A DNA stretch of 63,933 nt, counting the filler, from Choristocarpus tenellus KU-1152 (lineage: Eukaryota; Protista; Phaeophyceae): the NCBI GenBank assembly GCA_964200185.2. It is 12 parts of 12 records of this genome, joined end to end, with 100 filler letters (N's around TTAATTAATTAA, not from the genome) between each part and the next. Parts side by side here need not be neighbours in the genome. Positions count along the whole stretch, not along the records: positions 9,628 to 16,916 come from CAXNAD020006400.1; positions 17,017 to 23,155 come from CAXNAD020008848.1; positions 23,256 to 26,780 come from CAXNAD020019454.1; 9 more parts are not named here. One strand, 5' to 3'. The notes beneath the pieces are model-generated. The model saw only the letters and a list, made by a program, of their open reading frames with translations, did no database searches and was not told the origin of the DNA. Below, piece after piece: positions 11,008 to 25,513 of this stretch (positions are counted from its first letter, which is position 1; each line of letters begins with the position of its first letter). The translations under genes and the position numbers were made by a program.

Positions 11008-11545
11008 TTTATGCCCTTTGACATTTTGGAGATGTGTCACGGAAAAGTCAATTCAATATTAAACCACCCCTCGAAAAGTAAAAGTTTTGGTAAGAGTAAA
11101 AGATATCTCTTCAAAATCTATTTACTCTTTGACTACCACCTATACTACCAATAATCATAATGGTGTATTTTTTTGATTGTCTTTTCCCTCATACATCTCC
11201 AAAGGTCTGAAGGCATAACATATATATGTATATATGTGTGTATTAATAATGGAAATGAAATAGTATTATCTAATTTTTTTTTACCACATTTACTCTCGAC
11301 CATGTTTATTCTGTAAAAGTAAAAGTTTTTGTAGAAGTGAAAGATATCTCTCCAAAATCCATTTACTATTTGAGTACCACCTCTACTACCACTAATCATA
11401 ATGATGTATTATTATAATTGACATCTTCTTGATACATCTCCAAAATGTCAAACGCATATCTAATAATATATGTAAGTATAAGTAAGGGAAATGTAGTATT
11501 ATCTATATTTTTTAATAATATTTTCTCTCTACCATGTTTATTTCC
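11008..11545. repeat. Foldback-type repeat: one left motif plus two ~240-bp tandem units; related pieces at ~25840-26135 and ~39580-39665
   Basis: atgccctttgacattttggagatgt (~11010) is the inverse of acatctccaaa(a/g)..ggcat/cgcat at ~11193 and ~11434. Units start aaaagtaaaagttt at ~11074 and ~11315. Confidence 0.7.
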
Positions 11546-13369
11546 CTGTTCAATACAACTTTCATTGGTGTATCCAGAGAAAATATACTCTTTGTTTTTT
11601 TGTTATTATCTATTTGCATTCTTTATTTTTTTGTTAGATGTTTCTTCTTTTTTCCTGTCATCAATGAACACAAGACACGCGATTTTCTTTGACCAACCAT
11701 TTCTAGGTTTATCACCTACACAACAGACACAGATAGTAACGGAAGCCAGTAATGGAGTGTAATATATAGAAGTAATATCCATGTCAGTAATAGTAGTAAT
11801 ATATTTGTAGTTGTGGTTGGTCTCGAAAAATAGTATGGTAGTGAGAAATCCTGAACTACAAAATATAAATCTTTACTGAAATTGAAGAGAAAATTATATA
11901 GAACTCCATGACAACATGTACAACCTCCAAAACATCAATGACCATTATTAGTTGCAAATAGATACTGCAATAGTATTTTATTTTACACGAACCTTTATTA
12001 CCACTCTCTGTAACTAAGATAAATTGTTGTAATTTCTGTCTTCCTTTTTTTGTGACATTTCCAAGATATCTTGAGGCCAAAAGAAGAAAAACAAAGGATC
12101 TATAGTAACAATTGATTTTTCGGTTTTGTCAACTGTGTAGTCAGGGTTTTCGTATTCTTTTTGTTCTTTTGTTCTTTTGTTCTTTTTTGATATGCTACGA
12201 TGCACAACCAACGAAATATTACGATGTGACTGTATATGTGCTATTATTTTATATTGTGATGTTTTGAAAAGCGCTGAAACTTGACGATGTGTGAGTGGAG
12301 TAATTGAGAGACCAAAGATTAAAGACCTGGAACAACAATTTCAATTCAGGTCAAAAGAGTCATGCCGGAGAGGTGAAGGTGGAGAACAAGACCACCTCAT
12401 TGTCCTCTTCAATCCTTTGTACGCACAGAAAGAGATGCAGAAGGACTGATCACTCGTTCGAACTTTTTAGAGAACTTCAGATCAATCGGGGTGGTTTCAA
12501 CGGAACGAACAGTTGCATTGTTTCTTTTGCACAGGTTAATTGCATTAGATTATGCTATATTTTCCTGTCCTTACAGTTTGATCGATCGACTTCGAGCCCA
12601 CAGTTGAAGCCCCTAAGTTTGCTGAGGTTAGGTACTCATTGATGGATGGTCCGATCAGCAAGAAGAACTGGTGATTTTTGTTACACTTTTTTTCAAATGG
12701 ATGATCCATCCCCATCTGGTTCTATGAGGGATGGAGGCAGTGAGGAGTTAGGATTAGACATACTCGCATTCGTGGACTCTAGGGACCGAGACAATGGCAA
12801 TACACCGCGAAAAAGGAAGGCAAGAACGATTTCTATTTTATTCTCTTTAACCGCCACTATTGCATTGTATCTGCTTTCAAAGTCGTGGATCGTTTGGATT
12901 GTTGGGGTTCCCTTCGTTGACTCTGCTGAAATGTATTTTAGATACGTTTTGCCTGTACAGATGTAGCCAGAGGTTTGTTCTTAGGTGTTGTTTAATGTTT
13001 TACCCCTCACTTAACACCATACATGTTCGCGAACGAGGTTTTGATCGTGTGGACATCGACCTGAACGAACTGAACGAACTGAACTAGAGCTTTCCCCACC
13101 CGTCTGATACTTCCCTATCAATCCAGAGTGAAGGTGCTGCACCTAAAACTATCAATGGAAATCTCGACAAGAGAGCGCAGCGAACTACTGGCATCGGAGA
13201 GGTGGGTGGAAGACTTAATGTATCTATTTGAAGTCGTTAGCCTCTCCAAGTCCAACCGTCGTTAAGGAAGAAAATGTGACTTGGGGATGAAGCAATGGCT
13301 TCAGGATAAGAAGCGTGTAACAACGAACTGGGGGGGTGTTGCTTGTCCTCTCCATGGTGTTAGTTGAGA

Positions 13370-13660
13370 TTTGAGTATAACAATCAGCATTATTGCTAGA
13401 CTATACTCACCCACGAAGACCTCACATGTGGACATCTTGCTCAAAAGTATCCTGGAGGTGTGTCAACTCCATCCTACCTATTTTGTGTGCATGGATCAAA
13501 AGAATGTCTCGCAGGTGGGATGGACAAAGATGCTATCCTGTCCTCATGGTGGAAGGAGTGGAGTGGTGGAAGATTCTCGTGTCAGGGTGTCTGCAGGTCG
13601 CCACAAGGGACTCATAGGGGTAGGTGCTTTTCGTGCAATTGATCCAACTAGAAAGTAAAG
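13370..13660 (+). pseudogene. Degenerate LINE (RTE-like) AP-endonuclease fragment
   Basis: ITISIIARLYSPT..FVCMDQKNVSQVG..GVGAF resembles the APE motifs IISAYAPT / FVLMDANARTG / VLGAYG. The match is weak and the sequence is disrupted. Confidence 0.35.
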
Positions 13661-15727
13661 GAATAAATCGCATTTGATGTAAAGTCTTCTTCTATGCACA
13701 TGATCACTTTCTTCGTCTTGTCTTGGTTTACGACTATATAGTTTCCATTTTTGCGCTGGCCTCGAATATGTTCAAGTTTGCGCAGTGCTGTGCTGTAGAT
13801 TAAAATCCGCTTCTTACGTCGGAAGTCACACCTAAGTTTGGTGTTATAATGATGAAAGTTCCTTACGCTACCCAGGTGTGCATAGGTCTGCCCGCTGTAC
13901 AGGTTGATGCCCACTTGGGTTGAGAGCGTTACACAAATAGTTGGCCGATTGAAACCAGATAATCTCCAAAGCATGTCTATTGCCCAACGCACACCATGTC
14001 AACCTGGGTATCACAAGGCATAACCTTACCCTGATAAGCTCTTCCACCCTGCTATCTTATTTCCATGTACTTCAGAGCCCTTCCTAGCACTGTTTCGCCA
14101 ATTGCATGGATTTGTTACGTGAGCTCCATTCATGTCATAAAACATGAACATCGAAATACTAGCATTACTCCAAATGTCAACTGATTAGTTTTACTCTTCT
14201 TTGTCTTACTCATACTTACATCTTCCAATTATGATTTGTACTGCATATGATATTCCTAGAAACCACTGTTGCCTTCCAGTATTGTCCTGCCTTCACAAAC
14301 ACGCACATACATATGCACGTCTTTGTTGTTGCCCAGGTTGTGGTGAAAGGCTCTGGATTGTTGGTTGAAGTACGACTCCCTCATCCATCCAGGTACAAGT
14401 CAATCCACGTCAGCAGAGACCAGGTGAGGTCGAGTGGGGATTAGGAAGGGAATACAACCAACCAGATGTTTACTTGTAGAGATCAGTACAGGGAATACAA
14501 CCAACCAGAGGAAACTTATGTGAGGGGTGGGTTTTGTGCAAAAATAAGTCTTAAGACCCATGGCAATTGAAAATGCCAGTGTAGATAAGAGCTCTCTTGA
14601 CCACGTTTTTTGACACGTAGTAGGGTATGCATCCGCCAATGAAATGTAGTTGGGATTGTTCCTCTCCGCAGCGGTCGCATGCATGACACGCCTGCGCGGA
14701 TAACGTATTGAGTAGGTCCTACCGTTTATCTTCTTTCGAATTAGATAATTAGTAATATTATTATTACGTTGGCTTTTTGAGTGCATCCCTGATGTGTGGC
14801 ATCTCTCCTCCCCTTCTATCGCAGATTCAGGTGACGACACAGCTGTCCGTGAACGCGGTCGAGGTGGAGCCAACGCCAATCAAGGTGAGAGAAACCTTAG
14901 AATGGCGCTGTTGTTGTCAATGAAATCCGCCTTTGCGCTCTCGCTAAAGGAATGAAGATGTTTGTTTGTTTGTTTGTTGGATTGATTCAGGGCCGAGAAG
15001 GTTCATTGCGGAACCGCTCGCCTACAGAAGAGTGTCTTGCACCCCCTGCTACGTAATTCAATGGACTTGGGGACATATCTAGACATGAAGTATCTACTGT
15101 GTTGTGCCATTTGTGTAAGTAGGGATATATACTTAAATACGCCTTGGGTGTTTAGAGGAAAACCTCTTTGTTGCTGTGTCGTTTGAGGGCAGTTATCATC
15201 GGGTGTTGAAATGCAGAAACTGAGAAGAAGTGTGTGCAGTGAACCACCGTAGATTCTTAGTTGTGTGCATGTGAGTGTGTTGGGGAAAAATCGGTTACAA
15301 ATGTCTTTTTTTTGGGGGGGGGGAGAGGGGGAGATCGTCTAGTAGAACAACACATCATGAATCTATGGATGATGCATGTCTTACTTGGAGACTGAGGCCG
15401 TCACGGGAACCGCTGCAGAGGCTAACCATGCATGCTTCAAAGGATGTCTTGATGTGAATGGAGTCGAGCAAAGTACTTTGAAGTACTGTATATAGTATTT
15501 GTTAACGGTTGGCTAATAACTTTACTACGTTGAAAATGTTTATGTAGTATGTTGTAAGGCGTTTGTCAGTTGTGATGCGAGTAGATGGAGCAACGGGACC
15601 CGACTGTTGTCCTGGACAATGCGTGTTTGCAGAGGAAATAGTATTGTTGTTAGTCGGAAGATGAAGGGTTAGGGTTGGCGGGAAAAATATCTATGGGCCA
15701 GAATATGTTTGAAACACGGTGGGAAAG

Positions 15728-15921
15728 GTTCTATGCTTTAGATTACATTTGAAATGTTCTATGCTTTAGATTACGTTTGAAATGTTCTATGCTTTAGATT
15801 ACATTTGAAACATGCTGGAAAAAGCTCTATGCATTGGATTACGTTTGAAATGTTCTATGCATTAGATTGCATTTGAAACATGCTGGAAAAAGCTCTATGC
15901 ATTTTGGATTAAGTTTGAAAT
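15728..15921. repeat. Minisatellite, ~26-27-bp core (atgttctatgctttagattacatttgaa) with longer variants
   Basis: About 6 tandem copies visible directly. Confidence 0.9.
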
Positions 15922-16852
15922 GTACGGTAAGCGCATCAAGTAAGGTGTGACTATCTCCGAGTTCTGCGGGCAGACTGTGTCGTGCGTTTTAAATAAAAAA
16001 ATAAAAAATGGATGACTACCCCTCAATTTTTGGCTCCAACTAATCTCTACTATTCTTAGTACTAGAAAGTGTACTTTGAATGTTGCCTTGGACTGCAGGC
16101 GGTCTACACAACACTGTAAGTATTTCCAAATGATGTACCACTTGCTTGGATACCATGGCAGTACGTGTTTTGCTGGACAGCACAGCCGTGCCCCATAGAA
16201 GGCGTTCGCATGCTGCTTGGAAGCACCTCACACCGTTCCAGTTATACTCGTATGTATGAGGTATACCTTCTAAGGGGTGCACAGAGCTGCTGCCGTTGAT
16301 AATTATTGGGAAGCGTTGTTGATGTGTGGGTCACTGCTCTGCCGTAAGACATTTCAAGTGGAGAGGTGTGGTGTGGCATTTGCATCTGTTGAAAATGTCG
16401 TGGCACTTTATAACCGTCAGGAACATTCTTGTAACCATCAGGAACATTCTTGTAAACGCCAGGAAGGTCTGGGTGACAGCCTTCAATGTAACCCGGACCA
16501 TTCTGGCAACCTTGTACTTCGTGTGCAATACAAAGTTGTTCCGGAATGTTCTCAGTTTCTGTATGGCGAATGCTGTTGTGAAGGAAATGGAATCCTAGTG
16601 TTCTCCCGGACACGTTGCTTCATTAGTGAAATGACCTTCCAAGGGTCATCCTTGATCACTTCTGACGTAGACAGAATGAACCCTGATCCCTCTCCTGGAA
16701 AAACTGCTCCATATGTAGAGAGTTAAGAGTGGAAAGGACTTTGGACGAGTGTGACTAAGATCATCTCTAAGAAAATCAAAGTACTCCTTAAGAACCAAAA
16801 TGTGTGCGCAGTTCGTAAGGCTAGGCAGGCGAGTCTCTGAAAGGCATCCCCC

Positions 16853-16887
<35 letters not shown>

Positions 16888-17413
16888 ACCACCCCCCCCC
16901 CCCCACATCGTACCCCNNNNNNNNNNNNNNNNNNNNNNNNNNNNNNNNNNNNNNNNNNNNTTAATTAATTAANNNNNNNNNNNNNNNNNNNNNNNNNNNN
17001 NNNNNNNNNNNNNNNNGGGGGGGGTACATTCACATGCATCAGATTCGTGCATCTGGAACGCTCATAAAAAAAGAAAATGTAGATGACGCTTTGCTTCCCT
17101 TCATAATAGAATAAAAAACAAATATGCTCAGAGTATCGGATAATGGTTAACAGATAATTGTTAGCAAAAGGAGGAAATAATGTTTGACAATCACAACTAA
17201 TAAATACAAAAGACAGATAAAAAAGAAATAGAAGAAACAAATACCAAAACAGTTTGAAAATAAAAAGAAATATGTGAAAAAAACATTGAAAATAAAAAAG
17301 AAATATAAACAACTACCTCGAGGTCTCCAAATGCACACAATGTATCAGTCAGCCAGGTGCATATTTAATTATAAAAAATAGCACCGATAATATATATACA
17401 TATAACATATAAC

Positions 17414-17451
<38 letters not shown>

Positions 17452-17624
17452 TCATTGAAATTTCATGATGGCATGGTACACATGCTATCATGCCAAAACT
17501 AAAGTGCTAAACACACACTCCATAAAAATTGAATTATAGTTCACCATGTCCAACACCATGTCCATGACCATCAACTTTATAAAGAGCCCCTCCTTCGCAA
17601 ACCAAGCCATGAAATAGAACCCAC

Positions 17625-20600
17625 CTGGAGAGTGGGGTTTCCTTTAGGTTTGAGAGGCGGGGCATCCCCCTTTCGCATTACACTCTCCACATGAATCCTG
17701 CATGATGATACACGGAGGCGTTATTAGCTATGTTGTACGCACCACACTCACAAAGATTCGAGTTAGGGATAAACGGACATGGCAGTTACAGTTACAGTTA
17801 CAGTTACAGTCACAAAGAGGATGTAACTGATGTAACTGATGTAACTCGCCATCATGATATTATGATACTAATGTTTAGACGGTTACTACCATTAACATTA
17901 GTGGGGTGGTATGTATCTCCCATTGGTAGTTGTCATGTAGGTACCATGCAAGTGTACCTTTTGAAAGGAAGAAATAAAAAAACAGACATGAAAATAATAA
18001 ACAAAAAAAACAACGAGGAAAAGTATGTGACACTTTTTTAGGGTAATACCATTAAAAGTGAAAATGGCAGAGATAATTGTGTGATGTATGACCAATCAAA
18101 GGTATCAACAGTCAAGAAATGAGACACACCCAAGACCAGAAACTAAAGATTCCAACTAAATGCCCACCATACTTGTACCACTTTTAAAACACCCTTCCAA
18201 GGATACAAAAATCTCTATCATAGAAGTAACACACTAGTGTTATCCACACTGTATATGACCCTGGCCCTATCCCTAACCCTAACCCAATTACCACAATTTA
18301 TCAGAAAAAAAAAAGAACTACAGCATCCCACCTGCCTGCACATAAGTGTAGGATAAACTGTAACTTCTGATCATGATCCAAAATCACAATCACCTCACTG
18401 TCACTCAAAAACACAATCAAGTGCCTTGAAAATAAAAATAACTAAAATCGTGTATACAGTATACTGCTCTCTTAAATACCAAAATTATGGGTGTTCTTTT
18501 TTTTTACAAGTGCAGGTACACGCCTTCCAATTTCAGCTACACCTGCAAACATCTCTAGACACGCCTTAGCAATAAATGGAACACCACGGCATTTCCACAA
18601 ATGAAAAAAATGATCTCATTAAATTTTCTCTGTTAAAAAAGAAAAAATTCCATCGTCAGTCGATCCTTTATATTTATTTATATTTATTCTAGATTGTATG
18701 CACCCTTCACAACTGACTCTGTGTTTCATATACTTGCTGCTGTAATAGAAGCAGTCACGTAGATTCACTTAGATTCAACTGAGAGCGCTTTGACAGTTTG
18801 ACTGTCTATTTTTTTTCAACAGTTAAAGATTTCTTTCAATTCAAACCCTTTGACCACACAAAGAACCCTAATCCTAACCCTAACTGCAAAAAACATGGAT
18901 CGTTCATTGGTTTTGCTCCAAAAAGTAATCCTACCCCTGAACCTCACTATGATCTTGTTGTTCTCATGATGAATGTATAATATATACTATAATATTCATA
19001 CATTCTTCAATAAAAAATAAAACAATTCCAGTACAGTACTACGGTGGTGGTACAAGGAGGTACTAAAAAGTAAAAAGTACAGTAGTGTAGAACAGCATCG
19101 GTACTAAGTGGTACTGTAAAGTACAGTGCACTAGGGGAAGAGGAGTATGGTATTGTACAAAAAATAAAAATGAAAAGAATAGGAGTAATGTTGTCAAACA
19201 TTGTCAATATGCAGCATCTCTATCTCTTGTCACCTGTCATCTCCTTCAAACACCCAGTAGCAACGGCCATCCCTGTCTGTCCCAAGGGACTCTGTCCTCA
19301 CAAACTTTTGTGCAAGTAACTTCTTGTACTTTCTAAGGATGGAAGCATGCTGCATGCGATCTCTGGCTGCTCTAAGCTTGACGTAACAGTCTCTCATCTG
19401 AAACACAACAAACAAAAATAAACATCAGGGAATACTCATCATCACACCATACTGGGAGGAGAGATTAGAGTGACATCACAATCTCTAGTGCAGTGTGTCT
19501 CTGAATCAATGAAAAATACAAATTAAGCCATACAGAAACCAAAACAAAATCAAACCAACTCCTTGCTTGCCATTGCAGCTACAGAGAGAGGGGAGGAAAA
19601 AAGGATGCAAAAAAGGCACTAGCAAAAAGCTATCTACACCCTAGCCCTAACCCTTAATATTCTACGCTAAAAAATACAATAAATACGGATACACACACTT
19701 CAACAAACAGAATAATAATAATAATAGTAATAACTATTCGTATTATTACAATTCCTCTGTTCCACATCAGTTTGAATTTTTGAATATTTTGAATAGTTTG
19801 TGGGGAAGTTGGCAAAGGCAAGAAAGATGGTATCATACTTTCTTTCACTAGTTTTGTAAGAGTCTTGCAAAAAGACATTATGAGGTTACCCTGAAATATC
19901 AGTTGTCCTCTTTATCACTCACTACAAGAACTGATCCCCACACAATGAGTTTTGGTTTTGTTTTTATATATTGATAACATTGATAGTAACATTGATAATA
20001 TTGATATGCGTGTGTGCTATTTTCCGGACTCGAACTACAACCTGTTGAAACTGAAACTGAAACTGAAACTGAACAAAATTACTATACTAACATAAAATAA
20101 AAAAATATTATTATTATTATACATTTCCTAGAATGGTCAGACCAGACCACCCACTAAGTTTCACACACATACAGAAAACACAGTGTAATGTAACACACAA
20201 CACCAACACCAACACCAACCCTAACCCTAACCCCCCTTTCCCCACCTCCTGACACATCCAACGCTTCCCATCATCATCCTGCCCCTCCAACCCTGCCTGT
20301 CTCCCCTGCTTCATGGCATCTTCTATGGTGTGCAGGTCTTCCTTGGCCAATGCAGATCTCAGTACCTGTTCAAAGTCAAAAGGTAAAAACCAACACTCCT
20401 GTCTGCTAATCCATTTGTTCATCTCCACCTACATACCAGGAATAGCATCCTCCACCCATCCATCTATTGATGAACTATGATGATCAATCACCACTACAAG
20501 ATCTTTCCAATCCCCTTCATCACTTTTTTTGTGGAGATTTTTATTATTGTGTAAAGTACAGTTCATTTCATTGCTGTTTCTATATTGTTCTGACTATTAA

Positions 20601-23155
20601 ATCAAATAAGCAATGACTCAGTCAGAAATATTGCAACACACATAATGAAGCACAAACCACCTCCCTACCAAGATGTAATGTAGGATGTAATATGTAATGT
20701 AATATATAACATAAGATGTAATAGAGGAAGTAAAAAAGGTGAGATAAGGTATGACAAAGACCAATATACCATACATGTTCAAATCCCTCCCAAGGTGTGC
20801 AATCCCCTATTTTATGTTTTTTTCTGGTCTATTGTGCACGCAAGAAACACCTCCACGTGTTATTACATATTCATTATTAATTTATTATATATTCATTATT
20901 AATTTATTACATATTCTGGATTAATTAAAAAAAAAGTTAGACAGTAAGAGCAAAACCCAACACAATATGTATAGCTCTAAGTAACCAAGGTCGTCATATC
21001 ACAACACACTTTAGTCCCCCTGCAAACCATCAAATCTTGACATTTTGAAAATAAGCAAAAGTGCAATAATACTAATAATAAAATAGTAACAAAACAGCTT
21101 TTTGTAACAACCCAAGTTTGTTTCTCTGGCATAACACAATAAATGATGCCATTTCACCAAAAAATACAGTACATAACTTGTTTCAGGAAGAAACAATAAC
21201 AAACAAAAACAATACCATAATTTCATAATTCTCATACACTCTTAAAAAATAAAAACAATGCATTTGTTTATCTTTGTGTTTTGTGTGTGTGCCAATTCTG
21301 TTTTCTAACATCAAACACACACCACACACACACCAAGGACATCCAACATCCAACATCCAACATCCAACATCCAATAGGTCAAACACACCTGTCCATCAAC
21401 AAACCACAAATGGACTGACAGCATCGGACACCTGTAACATACCAAACCATCAAATCACAAGCTGGGACTGTTCTGGGACTGTTCTAATACATACACAGAT
21501 AAGATACAAGACAATAAAACCCGAGAGTACAATTATTGCAGCCCAAAGCATTTCCAGTCAAAGCCATCCACAGTAGTAGTAACTCCACCACCACCACAAG
21601 TCAATCAGATAAATACTACTAATAGTACAGAGATAATGCCCTATGTGGGGCCACTCCAGTCTACCTCTCTCTCTGCCTGGTATGGTAATATCTCTATTAT
21701 TATTAATATGATCCCTTCCACATAGTATGTGGTCAAGAGTGAGAAGAAAAAATATATATATATATTTGAAAATTAAAATTAATAAAGAAAAAGAAATCAA
21801 GACATTTTTATAATGGCTGTGCAACACTAAGGTCAACAAAGAGAAAGAGCTTGGGATATACATATAGATTTACATTGAGTAGCATAAAAAATGGATCAAA
21901 TTGGTTCATCATTATCAGAGTGCTTGTGGAATCTCAATAAGAAACACTAGATCCACATAATTAAACCTGTCCCATCCCATCCCATCCCATCACCCAATAT
22001 ACAAAGTAATCAAAAAATAAAACAAAAAGCATGTAAAGGGAATATTTTCAACCAATCAAACGGCTTCGTCACCTGGAGTGCCCTCTCCTGATTGGCCCTT
22101 CGCTGCTTTCTCTCCTTCACCTCCTGCCTCTTCTTTTCCTTGACTCTACAATATTTAACAAAAAAAGATAAAATAAAAAAATATTCAACAGATTCACAGA
22201 CAGACAGACAGACAGACCAAAGATACTCCTGTAAGAGAGATATACAACGGACTCTAAGCAAGGTAGGGGGGGCAACTTGACAACCCTGAATTAATTCAAT
22301 GGCAACTCTAACTCAAGCCCCTAATCCTAACCAACACTTGGAGTGAGTTTTGTATGTAGGTGTAATTAAAGTTAGTATTAGGGTTATGGCTTAAGTGTAA
22401 GGCTAGAGACAACATGAAGGTACAGACTTGGATAGGTTTAGGGTTTCAACTGGATGAATAGAGTTAGAGTTAGGGATAAAAATCAGACTTTCTGGGCAAT
22501 GAAATCAGAGACAGGCATACACTTGTCCAATAAGATGAAGTGATTTTTAAGTTAGGGTTATGGTTCATCTACAGCACCATTGTGTCAATACAATATCAGT
22601 CTAATATCACATCCTAAGTAAAGATAACTAACTTCATTTCAAGCAATACATTTTACACCACTAGTTTAATCATTCATTATCACTACTATACAATAGTTTC
22701 TAGTTATCTACAAAACATACACAAAGGCAACCTGCCTTATCGCTACCATAACTATAATCACAGTATCAATATACCATTATCACATGATCAATGTACCATT
22801 ATCACATGATCATTATATCATTATCACATTGTCAATATACCATTATCACAGTATGAATATATTACCAATACATTATCAATATATCACAATAATCACACGA
22901 TCAATTCTACTTCACTATAATATATCACTATAATATATCATTATAATATATCACTATAATATAATCCTACCTAACCGACATCACCTTTCAGCTGCCTCTT
23001 TGTCCCTCCTTCGTTTCATTAACTCAGTACGACTCAACCTAAGCATCAACACCTCCTCTGGCTCTTCCTCCTCCTCCTCTCCCCCCCCTCCCTCCTCTTC
23101 CTCATCCACCTCCATTTCATCCACTGCCCCGAAAGCACCCCCTCCCCCTCCCCCT
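17625..23155 (-). CDS. WHIM/WSD (DDT/BAZ-type) chromatin protein, partial, 5 exons
   Basis: Exons 22985-~23155 (acidic, ..LSRTELMKRRRDKEAAER), 22073-22145, 20246-20428, 19234-19397 and 17625-17697 join in phase with GT-AG. KFVRTESLGTDRDGRCYWVFEGDD-RIHVE matches the WHIM2/WSD motif R.xxLG.DR...YW.F....RI.VE. Confidence 0.8.
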
Positions 23156-23875
23156 NNNNNNNNNNNNNNNNNNNNNNNNNNNNNNNNNNNNNNNNNNNNT
23201 TAATTAATTAANNNNNNNNNNNNNNNNNNNNNNNNNNNNNNNNNNNNNNNNNNNNCCCCCCCCCTCCCCCCACACACAAGTCCCATGCATCTGTGGTTGG
23301 TCGTCTAAATATCCGGAGAGTCTAATACGCTCGTAATGCTCTTATGCACAATAAAGACTTCAAATATATGCCCATATCAGACTTCATTGCAGCTGCCGTT
23401 AACATATTGGCACTTTGACGGCAGGGACACACATTCCAATTCACTCAGCAGATATTTACACACACACACACACACACACACACCAACACTTCACCTACAG
23501 GTACACAAAAACAACTCTGGTTCAGAGAGTTTTTGTTGTATTCAAAAACGATTCCCTTGTCATGCACATAGGACAAAAGCAGTGGACAACCATGCTTACT
23601 ACATACAAAGGGAACAAAGTGCATTCATCCAAGAAAAAAAAAGAACACCGTTACTGAATATACTAAAGCATATGCAACAACAACAAAAAATTAACAAAAA
23701 AAGAAAAAGCAGCGTATGGGGCACACGTTTCCATAAAACACCACATGAACCTAACCAGAAACACAGTACAAAAACTGTGTGACGGCAGAGTGCCCCCTTG
23801 ATATCATTGCGTTGGAGTACACTGTCTAATTGCCAGCAACTAAAGACCAAAGAAGCACTCCATGTTTGCCTTTAC

Positions 23876-25513
23876 CATGTGCAGTTGCAGAAGAGCCTCA
23901 CACAGGCCAAGCACCACTGCAGCAATCTTATTCGCCTTTAGGCCTCGTGGAACAATGTTTCGCATCCCTGTTCCAGCCCCCCCACTCCCAGCTCCCCTTC
24001 CCCTCATTGCTTTCTTCGGCTCTACCGATGGCTGTGTCTCCTTCTTTGTCCCTGCACCATCTCCAATAGGGGAGACAAGATGTTCGCCACCAGAAAGTAT
24101 GAAGTTGGAAAGATCTCCCCCTTCACAGTAGTCGAGCTCCATGAACGCAACAGTGCGGTGTCCTAGTGTCTCTACAAAAAAATCATGCATCTGTTCATAA
24201 CAGTGTGACACACAAGACAAAGAATAGTCGTTTGTGAATGGATAAGTTGAGCTTGGATTTAGGGTAAGGGTGGGCGCGGAAAAATGTGAGCTAGAGGCAC
24301 AAAAGGGGGACAGAGTCTATTGAGGAGTTTACTCTTGTAGAAAATATCAAATGGGTGCTTGGGGTTCATATCTAACCTCTCTGCGATCAACAATTCGTGC
24401 AAACACTAATCCACACCCAGCCATCATCATATCCAACACGCTCCCTGTATTCAATAGGTAGTGGATTCGTTCAGACGTGATTTCGTACGGCATCCGTACC
24501 TGGATCACCTCGCCTCGACAATTACTGCAGATTCCTTTACTGCTCGTCCCACCTCTCATCTTCCCCTCATTGCAGGGAGAGTTGCCTATCGAAGGATCCT
24601 CAATCGCCTGTTGGGTAGACAAAAGAAGTAGTCGCGCCTCATTTACGGCCTCATGCAACGCCTCACTCTCCTTCAATACTCTAAGTTCAAATTCCCCTTG
24701 CGAGCGTTCTGTTTTCCCAACACGCCTTTTATTGCCTACTCCTTCGATTCGTTTTCGAACAAGAAAAACAGTTCCATGAGCCCCTTGCCCCAGTTTCAGC
24801 ATGAACGAATAGCGCCTAAGTTTGGAATGGTGAGGGACCTGCCCAAGCCTGGCATTCCATTCCCACATATCACTGTTGTCCAAATCTTTGTGCGCCATGT
24901 GATCTTCCCCGTCTGTACCAACATGTTGACAGTCTCTACTTCCTGCGGTACCTATGCGGATTGCCTCTAGACCTCGTCCTGCCAGGAGATCTTCCGGGGT
25001 GGGGGTGCCATCGGAAACACTGTTTCCACCCGTGGAGATGTACTCCCCACAACACATTCCTTCCCTCCCCGTCCCATTCACAAGTTTTGACAACAACGCT
25101 GCTACAAGAGCACTAGAGTGGTCATTCGTCCTCGGCCACATCCACGACCCCTTTGGAAGAGCACATCGCCCTCGTAATCTTGTTAGTAGGGGCTGATAGC
25201 TACATGATGCTGGAGGTACATCAACAGGGGAGGTGTACATTGGGAATATTGTTGCATACGGAGCGACACGACCCCTCGAGTCGATACCAGAGGATCGCTT
25301 CGCTGGCTTGAGCTTGAGGGGAAGGGGAACCAGGCCCCCGAAGCGGCCTTCACAGAAGCCCATCAACCTAACATTTCGTGTTGCCCTCTCCCCTACTAGA
25401 AAACCGTTACGGACATGGTCAAGAGAGTGACCCCCTATCTTTGTAGGGGTAAAAGTATACGAATCGTGCTCGATTGGGGCATACGTATGCAGCTCAACGG
25501 AGCGGTGAGACAT
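23876..25513 (-). CDS. Ser/Thr protein kinase (NEK-like N-lobe with insertions), 5' part
   Basis: Exons 24500-25513 and 23876-24190 (EVIQ|MHDFFVE). Gly loop LGQGAHGTVFLV, catalytic Lys (RVLKE), alphaC Glu (AVNEARLL), hinge FMELDYCEGGDL. The HRD/DFG exons are not seen before the gap. Confidence 0.8.

Noticed and set aside
16040-16845. Overlapping 80-150 aa ORFs with a 21-bp tandem duplication
   Set aside because: No recognisable domain; probably a decayed TE, but the family cannot be supported.
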